A stretch of DNA of 64,000 nt from Candidatus Hydrogenedentota bacterium (GTDB lineage: Bacteria > Hydrogenedentota > Hydrogenedentia > Hydrogenedentales > SLHB01): the NCBI GenBank assembly GCA_045863335.1, contig BTVY01000010.1:90188-154187 (forward strand). Direction: 5' to 3'. The first letter of the stretch is position 1. Each line of letters starts with the position of its first letter. Position numbers and translations under genes: made by a program. Shown in pieces: positions 30,488 through 39,848 of this stretch. Below the pieces are notes generated by a model that was given only the letters and a program-made list of their open reading frames with translations, was not told where the DNA came from and made no database searches.

Positions 30488-31303
30488 CTAAATCGCTTCC
30501 GGACCTCCGGCCGCACCGGTGCCTGTATCTCCCATTTCCTTCCGGAACCGCGCGAAATCGGCTTTCAACGTTTGCGCTACGATGGCGAAATCGCTGCTGT
30601 GGACGATGAAGTTCGCGCCCTGCTTGGCCCACGCGATCTCCTGGTCGATGGCTTCGGAGTAGTGGATGCCGACGCCCACGGACGCCTTGCGCGCTTTGGT
30701 AATGATCGTGGTGATGGCCTCCTGGAACGTGGGATGGCTGTATTGTTCCGGGATGCCAAGACTGATGGAGAGATCGTGCGGTCCGACCAACACTGCGTCG
30801 AGGCCCGGCACGGCGAGAATGCGATCGAGAGCGGCCAAGGCCGGCGTGCTCTCGATGTTGACGATCATTACGCGGTCGGCGTTGCGCTCGGCGAGATATG
30901 CGCCGGTTTCTTCGTTGGGGACTTCGTCGCCCTTGAGGACCGCGTCAAGCCGTTTGCCCTTCAGGGGCCGCAATTTGACCGCGCCCCGCATCGCCATGAC
31001 CTGCTCGATCGATTCCACGTACGGGGCGATGATGCCGTGGGCGCCGCCGTCGAGCACCATGCAGGCCCGGTACGGGTCCGGCTCGGGGATGCGCACGATA
31101 GGCGCAATGTTCAGCGCGTCGAAGGTGCGGCACATCCAGGACAAGGTTTCGCGGGCGAGCGAGATATGCTCGGTGTCAATGAACACGTAGTCCATGCCGG
31201 TGCCCGCCATCATAGACGGCCATGCCGGAGACGGCGAGACCGCGCAGGTGCCGTAGACGCGTTTGCCGGATCGTAGTGCCGCCGAAAGTTCCTTGCCTCG
31301 CAT
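30488..31303 (-). CDS. HpcH/HpaI-family class II aldolase
   Basis: FIDTEH, PIVR, LDGGA.GI..P, NIES, VGPHDLS.SLG. Confidence 0.9.
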   Translation of the reverse strand: MRGKELSAALRSGKRVYGTCAVSPSPAWPSMMAGTGMDYVFIDTEHISLARETLSWMCRTFDALNIAPIVRIPEPDPYRACMVLDGGAHGIIAPYVESIEQVMAMRGAVKLRPLKGKRLDAVLKGDEVPNEETGAYLAERNADRVMIVNIESTPALAALDRILAVPGLDAVLVGPHDLSISLGIPEQYSHPTFQEAITTIITKARKASVGVGIHYSEAIDQEIAWAKQGANFIVHSSDFAIVAQTLKADFARFRKEMGDTGTGAAGGPEAI

Positions 31304-31388
31304 GATGGGTCGCGCTCCTTCCTGGGTTGGCCTGAGAAAGCCGTATTGTAGATCATTTGAAGCGGAGCCGCATCTGGCGAGACCGGAC

Positions 31389-31424
31389 CGATCGGTCAGA
31401 TCTGTCGGATCGGTCCGATCAGTC
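31389..31424. repeat. 9 bp GATC-containing tandem repeat in a divergent promoter region
   Basis: cgatcggtc agatctgtc ggatcggtc cgatcagtc. Confidence 0.75.
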
Positions 31425-31429
31425 GATGC

Positions 31430-31458
31430 TGGACGCCGCCGCCCCGCGATCCTACAAT
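31430..31458 (+). promoter_or_regulatory. sigma70-like promoter
   Basis: TGGACG-17 bp-TACAAT upstream of an AGGAG RBS. Confidence 0.5.
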
Positions 31459-31488
31459 GGAGTCTCCAAATTATCAGGAGAGTCCGTT

Positions 31489-32169
31489 ATGCGAAATGCC
31501 CGCCCATTACTCGCAATCCTTTGCGCCCTGTGCTGCACTGCGCTTCCCGCCTTAGCCGAGGAGAACCGCTGGGAATCCTCGATCAAATCCTTCGAGGAAC
31601 GGGACCGGGAATCCATGCCGCCGGAGGGCGCGGTTCTATTTGTGGGCAGTTCGAGCATCGTATTGTGGAATCTGGAGGAATCCTTTCCGGACCTCGCCAC
31701 CATCAACCGCGGTTTCGGCGGCTCGACGACCGCCGACGTGAATGGTTTTGTCGACAGAATCGTGATCCCGTACAAACCCGCGACCATCGTCTTCTACGCG
31801 GGAGACAACGACATCGCCAAGGGCACAACGGCGGAAGAGGTCTCGGAGGATTTCCAGACCTTTGTGGAGAAGGTGCGGCTCGCGTTGCCGGATACCGACA
31901 TCCTGTACATCTCCATCAAACCCAGCATCGCGCGGTGGAACCTGTGGGATGAGATGAACAAGGCCAATGGTCTGATTGAGGCCTACTGCGCCGAGCACGA
32001 GAATCTGACGTATGTCGATCTCGGTAAGACGATCCTCGGCGAAGACGGCAAACCGCGCGCCGATTTGCTTATGCAAGATGGATTGCATCTGAACAAGGAT
32101 GGATACGCCAAATGGAACGAAGCGTTGCGACCGTACCTCGCAGATGCAAAGAAGAAGGAGGAAAGATAG
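31489..32169 (+). CDS. Secreted SGNH/GDSL hydrolase
   Basis: Signal peptide; FVGSSSI, NRGFGGS, YAGDND, DGLH. Confidence 0.9.
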   Translation: MRNARPLLAILCALCCTALPALAEENRWESSIKSFEERDRESMPPEGAVLFVGSSSIVLWNLEESFPDLATINRGFGGSTTADVNGFVDRIVIPYKPATIVFYAGDNDIAKGTTAEEVSEDFQTFVEKVRLALPDTDILYISIKPSIARWNLWDEMNKANGLIEAYCAEHENLTYVDLGKTILGEDGKPRADLLMQDGLHLNKDGYAKWNEALRPYLADAKKKEER

Positions 32170-32175
32170 GCACAA

Positions 32176-33411
32176 TCAGAGTGCTGCCTCCGCCAACCGA
32201 ATCAATGCGCGGCCTGCGTGGAAGGAGGTCTTCCACTCGTTGCCTTTGTCGGTGGTCACGGGTTGGCCGGTGTCCCAATAGACGTCCTGGTACCAGTCTC
32301 CGAACTCGTGGTCGATCTGGTACTGCCAAATCCATTCGAACGTTTTCTGGAGAGCCTCGTCGTATTTGGTTTCGCCGGTCCATTTGTGGGCGTCGAGCAG
32401 CGCGTTAATCAGCTCCGCCTGTCCCCACCAGGGTTTGAGTAATCGGTCTCCGGGGAGGTCGACGGCATCCAGAACAGGTCCGGTCATGGGGCCATACGCC
32501 GCGAGGCCGCCGCGTTCGCAGTCGAAACCGAAATCCAGCGCGTGATCAATCAAGCCAAGTACTGCGGGGCGATAGTCTTCGCGCGATTCTTCCAACACAT
32601 CCGCTGCCGCAAGCAGCAGCCACGCCATCTCGACGTTGATACCGTACGAAGTCGTCATCACGCCGCGCGCGTCCCCAGCCGGATTCCAGTCGTAGTCGAA
32701 GGCGGTGATGCTGCACCGGTGCTCGGGATGAATTCCCCGGTCGCGGACGAGGTGCGTTACACGGCGCAGCGCGTCGAGATGTTTCGGATCCCGCGTGGCG
32801 CCGGCGAGGTACATGAGGCATTCCATCATGTTCGTGTGCATGTCGACCGTCTTGATTTGCGCCTGATCGCCGAGGTGCATTTGGTCGGCGTTGAGCGGAG
32901 GCCAGTTCTGGTCATCGAAGTCTTCGATGTATCCAAGATCGCGGTCGGTCGCTTGCGAATGAACGACATCAAACACGCGGTTTACCCACTCCAGCACGTC
33001 CTCACGCCGGGTTGCGAGATAGAATTCCGTGAGGCCCGTGATGGCGTAGGCGTGGAAGTCCGTGTTCTTGCGCGTGCATTTCGGCGCGCCGTCGCGCGTC
33101 ACGGAGAAGTGAAACCCGCCGTTTGCTTCGTCCCACATGTGACGCGTAACGAAGTCGAAACCCCGTGAAGCAAGGTCAAGATACCCGCGATCGGTCAAGC
33201 CATGCCGGTGCGCCGCGGACAGACTTGCGATCATGCGCACCTGCATCATGAGGATCTTTTCGGAGTCGTCCAGCCGCCGTCCTTGTCGATCGAGGCGAGT
33301 CAGAAAGCCGCCATACTGGTGGTCCCACGCATGGTTCGCCCAGAACGGCATGAGGTTTTCCGCGAGCAAGTCGTGGGCGATGGACTGTATGGCGCGATCT
33401 TCGAAAATCAT
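32176..33411 (-). CDS. AGE-family epimerase/isomerase (cellobiose 2-epimerase-like)
   Basis: PFW...D..YGGF, QVR, WD...GGF, WWGQAE, GNEWKTSFH.GRA. Confidence 0.85.
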   Translation of the reverse strand: MIFEDRAIQSIAHDLLAENLMPFWANHAWDHQYGGFLTRLDRQGRRLDDSEKILMMQVRMIASLSAAHRHGLTDRGYLDLASRGFDFVTRHMWDEANGGFHFSVTRDGAPKCTRKNTDFHAYAITGLTEFYLATRREDVLEWVNRVFDVVHSQATDRDLGYIEDFDDQNWPPLNADQMHLGDQAQIKTVDMHTNMMECLMYLAGATRDPKHLDALRRVTHLVRDRGIHPEHRCSITAFDYDWNPAGDARGVMTTSYGINVEMAWLLLAAADVLEESREDYRPAVLGLIDHALDFGFDCERGGLAAYGPMTGPVLDAVDLPGDRLLKPWWGQAELINALLDAHKWTGETKYDEALQKTFEWIWQYQIDHEFGDWYQDVYWDTGQPVTTDKGNEWKTSFHAGRALIRLAEAAL

Positions 33412-33473
33412 ACCTCGTTCACCAAGCGCATCCCCTGCAAATTGGAAAAGACTCTCGGGTCCTATGGAAAGGA

Positions 33474-34802
33474 TTAGGCCCCCAGATTCACCCAATACAC
33501 TTTATTCGACAGCAGTTCCGTATTCGCGCCGCCGGGCGGGCCTTCGGTGAAAATGAGGCCAGGCGCGGTGGGCACGCGATTGTGGCCGGTGGGGCGTTCG
33601 ATACTGGGCAGCCAGCGGGCGGCGGACGCGTCGGGAGACGTTACAATCCGGCTGTTGACTACGTTGCCTTCGGCGTCACAATCGAAGACGGCGATTTCGC
33701 AGGAACCGTGACCCCACAGCTTCTTATCGGGACCATGCGGCGGCGCAACCGCGATGAGTGCCACCAGGATCCGGCCGTCTTCGGTGCGGGTTACGTTGCC
33801 GGGAGTTATCAATCCCCACTCTTCATACCCGGTTGGCAGCGAGGGACGAAGCATGCGGTGTTCCCACGCGCCGTCGGTTCCCAGGACCGCGATCCACGCG
33901 CTGGGGATATCCGCGCGGTAGTCGCTGCAAACCAAACAAGGCCGTCCATCCGTCAACACGGCCACACCGCCGCCGCGCAGGCCCGCTTCCTCGTCTTGGA
34001 GATTCTGGTTGATTACCTCAACCGTCTTCGCGTTCGCAGGAAGTTCGACGGGCGTCCCATCGCTCTGCGTCCAGGTTTCGCCAAAGTCCTCGCTGCGCAG
34101 GTAGCCGATGGTATGTCCGCGCCCCGGATTGTTGTCGTAGATCCGGCAGGTCAAGTGCAGCGTTTTGAAGTCCGGGCTCCAGGCCAAACCATCCATGAAA
34201 TGGGCGTAGCCCATGTGCTCCGCTTGAAGGATCGCGCGTGGACCTTCCCAGGGGCCGTTCTTCTTGCGCGTGTACAAATTGGCAACCCATGGCTCGGTCT
34301 TGCTGCTTTCGCGGCAGGTCAGGTAGAGCGTGTCGTCGGGGCCGCAGACCAGCGTGGGATACGTCGTCGTTTTGCCGACCTCCTCGTATTCCGTCCATTC
34401 CGAGGCGTCGTTCGGCCGCACCGATCGGCGGTACCGCATGGGATGATGGTGTGGAAAGTAGCTGATGTGGAGGTAGCCCTCGCTGTCCACGGTCAGGGCC
34501 GGGCCGCCGTGGTTATCATGAGCCTCACCAATCGTATACACCGGCGACCACTCGCCGGATCGCCGGTCCAGCGTCCGCATGCGCACGCGGAAACCTTCCT
34601 CTGGCGAGTCGAGCCAGGCCACATGGGTGTTCTCGCCGATGGAGACGATCTTGTTGGCCTCCGCGTACCCGGTCGCCCGGCCGCAACCCGTTTCGGACAG
34701 GAGAGTTACGTTCTGGTCGTCTCCGCCTTGCGCGAGGGCGCTGAGGACGGGCCCAGCGCCGATTACCGAGGCAGTTTTCAAGAATGTCCGGCGTGTCATC
34801 AT
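33474..34802 (-). CDS. Tat-exported BNR-repeat (BNR_4) beta-propeller protein
   Basis: RRTFLK Tat motif; DNHGGPAL.VD..GYLH, TYP, SEDFGETW Asp-box. Confidence 0.8.
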   Translation of the reverse strand: MMTRRTFLKTASVIGAGPVLSALAQGGDDQNVTLLSETGCGRATGYAEANKIVSIGENTHVAWLDSPEEGFRVRMRTLDRRSGEWSPVYTIGEAHDNHGGPALTVDSEGYLHISYFPHHHPMRYRRSVRPNDASEWTEYEEVGKTTTYPTLVCGPDDTLYLTCRESSKTEPWVANLYTRKKNGPWEGPRAILQAEHMGYAHFMDGLAWSPDFKTLHLTCRIYDNNPGRGHTIGYLRSEDFGETWTQSDGTPVELPANAKTVEVINQNLQDEEAGLRGGGVAVLTDGRPCLVCSDYRADIPSAWIAVLGTDGAWEHRMLRPSLPTGYEEWGLITPGNVTRTEDGRILVALIAVAPPHGPDKKLWGHGSCEIAVFDCDAEGNVVNSRIVTSPDASAARWLPSIERPTGHNRVPTAPGLIFTEGPPGGANTELLSNKVYWVNLGA

Positions 34803-34923
34803 AGCCAGGGCGTCCTCCATTTTGTAGGCCTCAAGGCCGAGGATGAAGGACGGGCGCGGTACCGGTCAAGTTTCGCCAGGCCCCTGGATCGGAATCGTCG
34901 CTCCATAGGCTCCAACCGTTGGT

Positions 34924-34953
34924 TTGACAGGTTCTTCAAGCCTTTGGTAGACT
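34924..34953 (+). promoter_or_regulatory. sigma70 promoter of the infC operon
   Basis: TTGACA-18 bp-TAGACT with extended TG. Confidence 0.7.
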
Positions 34954-34967
34954 ACCGTGCTTTTGAA

Positions 34968-35099
34968 GAGCAAGTAGAAGCACCCGCTTCTCACCTTGCC
35001 GCGATCCGTGATAGTCGGATTTGGGCGCAAGGTTTGTCAGCACGAGACAACTGTGTGTTCTCGGCGGCAAGGCGTGGTGTGTCTTGCCGCCGTTTTTTT
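34968..35099 (+). ncRNA. L20 leader (infC-rpmI-rplT attenuator)
   Basis: AAGTAGAAGCACCCGCTTCTCACCT matches the Firmicutes-type L20 leader 5' hairpin; ends in a terminator; lies upstream of infC. Confidence 0.8.
35062..35099 (+). terminator. Leader attenuator terminator
   Basis: CGGCGGCAAGG / TCTTGCCGCCG stem plus T7 tract. Confidence 0.8.
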
Positions 35100-35178
35100 G
35101 TGCCTGCGGGCCGATACCGTGGTTGGCCCGGCGGCAGCCGGAAACGTACTTGGACACGGAAGACAGGAGGGCACTGTA

Positions 35179-35718
35179 ATCGCCAGGCCGATTGAGCAAC
35201 GAGTGCGGGTGAATGAGGCCATTCACGCCCGCCAGGTTCGCGTCATCGATGAAGAAGGCAATCAGTTGGGGATCATGTCGCCCCAGGATGCATTGCGCGA
35301 CGCTTATGAACGCGGACTCGATTTAGTTGAAGTAGCGCCCAATGCGTCACCGACGGTGTGCCGCATCATGGACTACGGTAAGTATAAATACCAGCAGAGC
35401 AAGCGCGCGAAAGAGTCGAAGAAGCACCAGCACACGGTCACGGTCAAGGAAGTAAAGTACCGGCCGAAGATCGACAAACACGATTTCGACTACAAGACGA
35501 ACCATGTGCGCGAGTTCCTGGGCGAAGGCAATAAGGTAAAAGTTACGATCATGTTTCGTGGGCGCGAGCTGGCCCATCCGGAGTTTGGCCACGAGATTCT
35601 GTCGCGAGTTCTGGAGGCGACCAAGGATTTGTGCCAAGACGAGATTGACCCGAAACGGCAGCGGCTGGAGGGTCGAAACATGACGATCGTTTTGTCGCCG
35701 GCGAAGCAGCCCGGCTGA
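35179..35718 (+). CDS. infC: Translation initiation factor IF-3 (non-canonical ATC start)
   Basis: RVNEAI..RQVRVID, LDLVEVAP, CRIMDYGKYKY, MFRGRE; AGGAGG 8 nt before an in-frame ATC. Confidence 0.95.
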   Translation: MARPIEQRVRVNEAIHARQVRVIDEEGNQLGIMSPQDALRDAYERGLDLVEVAPNASPTVCRIMDYGKYKYQQSKRAKESKKHQHTVTVKEVKYRPKIDKHDFDYKTNHVREFLGEGNKVKVTIMFRGRELAHPEFGHEILSRVLEATKDLCQDEIDPKRQRLEGRNMTIVLSPAKQPG

Positions 35719-35886
35719 TTAACCGATAACTTTTGAACTCCTTGCCACAACGGTGGCGGGTTGGCGAATATGAAGCGATAGGTGCGGGGGCCATTTTGCC
35801 TCGTGCCGGGCGCCAGTCAGGTGCCTTCTGAAGGCGAAGTTCCAGGGTTGCGTGGCGAAGTGGCCCGGAGTGATGGAGGTGGATAC

Positions 35887-36084
35887 ATGCCAAAAATGAA
35901 AACCAACAAATCCGCGTCGAAGCGACTGAAGCGGACCAAGACCGGCAAGTTCAAGCGTTTCAATGCATTCGCGCGGCACAAGGCGACGCATAAGCCTGCC
36001 AAACGGCGTCGTCGTTTGCGCACGGCCACCTTGATCGCGGCAGTCGACGAGCAACGGGCGTCGAGGATGCTTCCCTACGGCTAA
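35887..36084 (+). CDS. rpmI: 50S ribosomal protein L35
   Basis: MPKMKTNKSASKR...TGKFK...RRRLR; GGAGG RBS. Confidence 0.95.
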   Translation: MPKMKTNKSASKRLKRTKTGKFKRFNAFARHKATHKPAKRRRRLRTATLIAAVDEQRASRMLPYG

Positions 36085-36165
36085 GGTGGGGAAGAGGTTT
36101 AGGATTAGTTTACATTGAAGTCACCGGAGGCGCGGAAGCCGGCCCACCGGATGGAGGATTGAATC

Positions 36166-36528
36166 ATGCCAAGAGCTACGAGTGCGCCCGCTTCGCGAAG
36201 CCGTCGCAAGAAATTCATCAAGCGCGCATCCGGATACCGGGGAAGCCGGCACCGTCTGTTGAAGACAGCGCGACAGGCGGTCGAACATGCGGGTACCTAC
36301 GCGTATCGCGACCGAAAGGCGCGCAAGCGGGATTTCCGTAAGCTGTGGATTGCCCGCATCAACGCGGCCACGCGCGCGGAAGGGCTGACCTACAGCCGGT
36401 TCATTTTGGGACTCAAACTGGCCAACATCGACGTGAATCGCAAGATGCTCGCGGAGATCGCCGCGACGGACGAAGCCGGGTTCCAGCGGCTCATCCAGGT
36501 TGTCAAAGCCAAGCTGCAAGCGGCGTAA
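36166..36528 (+). CDS. rplT: 50S ribosomal protein L20
   Basis: YAYRDRK.RKRDFRKLWIARINA, NRKMLAEIA. Confidence 0.97.
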   Translation: MPRATSAPASRSRRKKFIKRASGYRGSRHRLLKTARQAVEHAGTYAYRDRKARKRDFRKLWIARINAATRAEGLTYSRFILGLKLANIDVNRKMLAEIAATDEAGFQRLIQVVKAKLQAA

Positions 36529-36534
36529 CGGCCT

Positions 36535-37263
36535 ATGCGTGTAGTACCGGCAGTAGACATCCGAGGCGGACGTTGCGTCAATCTCGTGCAGGGTGATTAC
36601 GACCAGGAGACCGTGTTCGGCGAGGATCCTGTAGCCCAAGCGATCACTTGGCACGAGCAGGGCGCGGAAATGGTCCACATCGTGGATCTCGACGGCGCCC
36701 GCAAAGGTGAACTTTGCGTGTTGGCGGAAGTCCTGCAGATGTCGGCGATTCGCATTCCGGTGGAGGTTGGCGGTGGCATTCGGACCACCTGTGATCTCGA
36801 TATGGCATTTCAGGCGGGCGCGGCGCGCGCCATTCTTGGTACTGCGGCATTCCGTAATCCAGGATTCCTGAAAGCCGCGGTTGAAACCTATCCCGGCCTG
36901 GTTGCGGTCGGAATCGACGCGCGCGACGGAAAGGTATCGTTGAGCGCGTGGATGGAAGATACCGACGAAGACGCAATTTCCTTCGCCAAGAAGGTGGAGG
37001 ACGCCGGCGCCTGCCGGATTATTTACACAGACATTATGAGCGACGGTATGATGCGCGGTCCGAACCTCGAAGCGACGCAGGCGGTGGCGCGGGCGGTGAA
37101 CATTCCTGTGACCGTATCGGGCGGCATATCGTCGCTGGATGATATCCGGAATGTGCGCAGCATCGCATCGGATGGTGTTGACGAGATCATTGTCGGTCGC
37201 GCGCTGTACGTGCGCGCGTTCACATTGCCGGAGGCAATCGAGGCGGCTCGGGAGGGTCCGTGA
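36535..37263 (+). CDS. hisA: ProFAR isomerase
   Basis: PAVDIRGG.CV.L.QG, HIVDLDGA, EVGGGIR, YTDI..DG, SGGI. Confidence 0.93.
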   Translation: MRVVPAVDIRGGRCVNLVQGDYDQETVFGEDPVAQAITWHEQGAEMVHIVDLDGARKGELCVLAEVLQMSAIRIPVEVGGGIRTTCDLDMAFQAGAARAILGTAAFRNPGFLKAAVETYPGLVAVGIDARDGKVSLSAWMEDTDEDAISFAKKVEDAGACRIIYTDIMSDGMMRGPNLEATQAVARAVNIPVTVSGGISSLDDIRNVRSIASDGVDEIIVGRALYVRAFTLPEAIEAAREGP

Positions 37264-38117
37264 ACCCGAACTTCGGAACGGTCACTGTCGTCGGAGTAGG
37301 TTTGCTGGGCGGTTCGCTGGGCCTGGCCTTGAAAGAACGTGGCCTTTGCCACACGGTTCGCGGCGTCGGGCACCGGCAAGTATCCCTTGACGCGGCACTC
37401 GTGAAGCACGCTATTGACGAGGCATCGCTCGAGCTTGCCGCGGCAGTAGCCGATGCGGACTTGATTGTGATTTGTACGCCCGCTGGGTTGGTCCCGGAAA
37501 CGTTGGACCAGATTCGGCGGGCGTCTTTGCCGTCTGCAATCATCACCGACGTGGCCAGTACAAAGGGAACTATCTGCGCGCACGCGGACCAAGTCTGGCC
37601 GGGACGCCGCCGGTTCATCGGGAGCCATCCCATGGCGGGATCGGAGAAGTTCGGCCCGGAACACGCCGACGCCGGCCTGTATGACGGGTGCGTTACCATC
37701 GTTGAACCGTTGGATGGGCAGGATCCCGAGGCCCACGAAGCCGTCCGCGCGCTGTGGAGTTCGGTGGGCGCATCGATTGTCGAATTACGGCCGGAGCAGC
37801 ACGATATGCTCGTGGCTCGGACGAGCCACATTCCTCATATCATGGCGGCCCTGACCGCGGAGCAGGCGACTTGCGCGCGCGGGGTCCCGTCGGTAATCGG
37901 CAAGGGTTTTCGCGACACCACTCGCGTCGCGGCTGGGCGCCCGGAGGTGTGGCGCGACATCTGCCTGACCAATCGAGAAGCCATCGTATCGGGACTAAAC
38001 GAATTGGAAACACAGCTCGCAGCCGTTCGCGACGCCATTGAACGTGGCTCGGCGGAAGACGTGGAAGCGTTTTTCGATGCTGCCCGAAAAGCACGGGAAG
38101 AGGTAATCGGCGGATGA
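37260..38117 (+). CDS. tyrA: Prephenate/arogenate dehydrogenase
   Basis: GVGLLGGS, TDVASTK, HPMAGSE, HD....TSH.PH, GFRDTTR. Confidence 0.9.
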   Translation: MNPNFGTVTVVGVGLLGGSLGLALKERGLCHTVRGVGHRQVSLDAALVKHAIDEASLELAAAVADADLIVICTPAGLVPETLDQIRRASLPSAIITDVASTKGTICAHADQVWPGRRRFIGSHPMAGSEKFGPEHADAGLYDGCVTIVEPLDGQDPEAHEAVRALWSSVGASIVELRPEQHDMLVARTSHIPHIMAALTAEQATCARGVPSVIGKGFRDTTRVAAGRPEVWRDICLTNREAIVSGLNELETQLAAVRDAIERGSAEDVEAFFDAARKAREEVIGG

Positions 38118-38740
38118 AAGGGATCTTCATTACCGTCGAAGGCGTTGAAGGCTGCGGAAAATCGACGCAGATCCTGTTATTGAAAGCGTATCTCGAAAGC
38201 CGCGGCCGCGAAGTGATCGTCACGCGCGAGCCGGGCGGTACGGTCATCGCGGAAACGATCCGGAGCATTCTTCTGGACCCGGAAAACGCGGCGCTATCGC
38301 CCATGGCCGAGGCGTTTCTCTATGCAGCCGCGCGCGCGCAGCACGTGGACGAGCGCATCCGGCCTGCTCTCGAAGCGGGCAAAGTCGTGCTGAGCGATCG
38401 ATTCGCCGACAGCACGACGGCCTATCAGGGCGCGGGCCGGCAGTTGCCGGAGGAAACGATCCAATCGCTTCATTCCATGGCGACCCGGGGAACCTGGCCG
38501 CATTTAACCATCGTCGTGGACGTACCGGCCGAAGAGGGGTTGAAACGGGCGGGGCATGTGAACCCTCCCGACCGCATCGAGATGGAACCCATAGAGTTTC
38601 ACCGGGGCGTGCGTGAAGCCTTTCTTCAGATCGCGCAGAAAGATCCGGCCCGGGTTCACGTCGTCGATGGAACGCGGTCCGTTGAAGCGGTTGCCGCAGC
38701 CGTGCGCGACTTGGTAGAACCGCTGTTTGGTGACCTATGA
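38114..38740 (+). CDS. tmk: Thymidylate kinase
   Basis: FITVEGVEGCGKSTQ, TREPGG, SDRF.DS..AYQG. Confidence 0.96.
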   Translation: MKGIFITVEGVEGCGKSTQILLLKAYLESRGREVIVTREPGGTVIAETIRSILLDPENAALSPMAEAFLYAAARAQHVDERIRPALEAGKVVLSDRFADSTTAYQGAGRQLPEETIQSLHSMATRGTWPHLTIVVDVPAEEGLKRAGHVNPPDRIEMEPIEFHRGVREAFLQIAQKDPARVHVVDGTRSVEAVAAAVRDLVEPLFGDL

Positions 38741-39828
38741 GTCTTCACGAAATCCGCGATCAGGAAACGGCGGTGCGCTTCGTGCGCAACATTTTGCGCG
38801 CGAACCGAATCCCCAACGGGCTGCTGTTCTACGGACCGGGCGGCGTAGGCAAAGGGCTCACGGCCGTAGAATTGGCGAAGGCCATCAACTGCGAGAAGCA
38901 GGATGGCGACGCCTGTGACGCCTGCCTGGCGTGCCGGAAGGTGACAAACGGAAACCATCCCGACATCACGTACCTGAGTCCGTCCGAGAAGACGCGTCTG
39001 ATTAAGAAGGACGACATTGACGGCATTAACGAGCTTGCCGCGTTGCGGCCCTTCGAGTCCCAATGGCGGATCTTCATCATCCAAGACGCGGACCGCATGA
39101 ATCCGCCCGCGCAGAACCACTTCCTGAAAACACTGGAAGAACCGCCGGGCCGGTCGTTGTTTATTCTATTAACGGAGTTTCCGCGGGTGTTGCTGCCGAC
39201 CATCCGGTCGCGCTGCCAACAAGTCCGGTTTCGCGCGCTGCGGCAGGAGACCGTCGCGGATTTGCTGCGGCGGGAACGCGATCTGCCGGACGAGCTGGCT
39301 GAATCGCTGGCGGGGATCGCCGAGGGGCAGATGACCCGCGCATTGGACCTCGTGGATTCGGAAAAGCGGAACGTGGTGCTATCGCTGACGTCCCGTCTGG
39401 CGGAGGGTGAAGACCCGGTCGAGTTGGCTGAGGAATTCACCAAGTTCCTGGCCGAACAGCGAAAACAATTGGAAGATCACCTCAAAGCCACCATGGCTTA
39501 CGATTCGGCCGACGAGGTGAGCCGTACGGATATGGAACGGCTGAAAGAGGAGCGTCTCGCGCAACTCGCCGCCATGTCCAAACGTGATATGCTGGAGTAT
39601 CTTTATCTGCTGCAAACCTGGTATCGCGATGAAATGATCTTCGCTGTCACGCGCGACCGTTCGCGCGTCTGGAACAAGGATCAATTCGAGCGTCTGGAAT
39701 CGGGCGAGGGAGCCAACCCGTCCGAAAAGCTGCAAGCGATTGAAACCGCGCGGATGTACCTGGATCGGTTCATCAACGAAGAGCGCGTCTTTCGCGATCT
39801 TTTCCTGACGCTCGCCGTTTCGCCGTGA
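38737..39828 (+). CDS. holB: DNA polymerase III delta' subunit
   Basis: GPGGVGK, C...CD.C..C zinc site, HPD, LKTLEEP, LPTIRSRC; follows tmk. Confidence 0.93.
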   Translation: MSLHEIRDQETAVRFVRNILRANRIPNGLLFYGPGGVGKGLTAVELAKAINCEKQDGDACDACLACRKVTNGNHPDITYLSPSEKTRLIKKDDIDGINELAALRPFESQWRIFIIQDADRMNPPAQNHFLKTLEEPPGRSLFILLTEFPRVLLPTIRSRCQQVRFRALRQETVADLLRRERDLPDELAESLAGIAEGQMTRALDLVDSEKRNVVLSLTSRLAEGEDPVELAEEFTKFLAEQRKQLEDHLKATMAYDSADEVSRTDMERLKEERLAQLAAMSKRDMLEYLYLLQTWYRDEMIFAVTRDRSRVWNKDQFERLESGEGANPSEKLQAIETARMYLDRFINEERVFRDLFLTLAVSP

Positions 39829-39848
39829 CGCCTTTTGGGAGTGATTGA

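Noticed and set aside
34996-35178. Extended infC start from the ORF track
   Set aside because: Runs through the L20 leader and terminator; the RBS supports ATC at 35179
33582-35195. Long antisense ORFs (537 aa here; also 19918-21087, 26530-27903, 29041-30342, 52857-53981)
   Set aside because: Shadow frames of well-supported genes in GC-rich DNA, with no protein motifs
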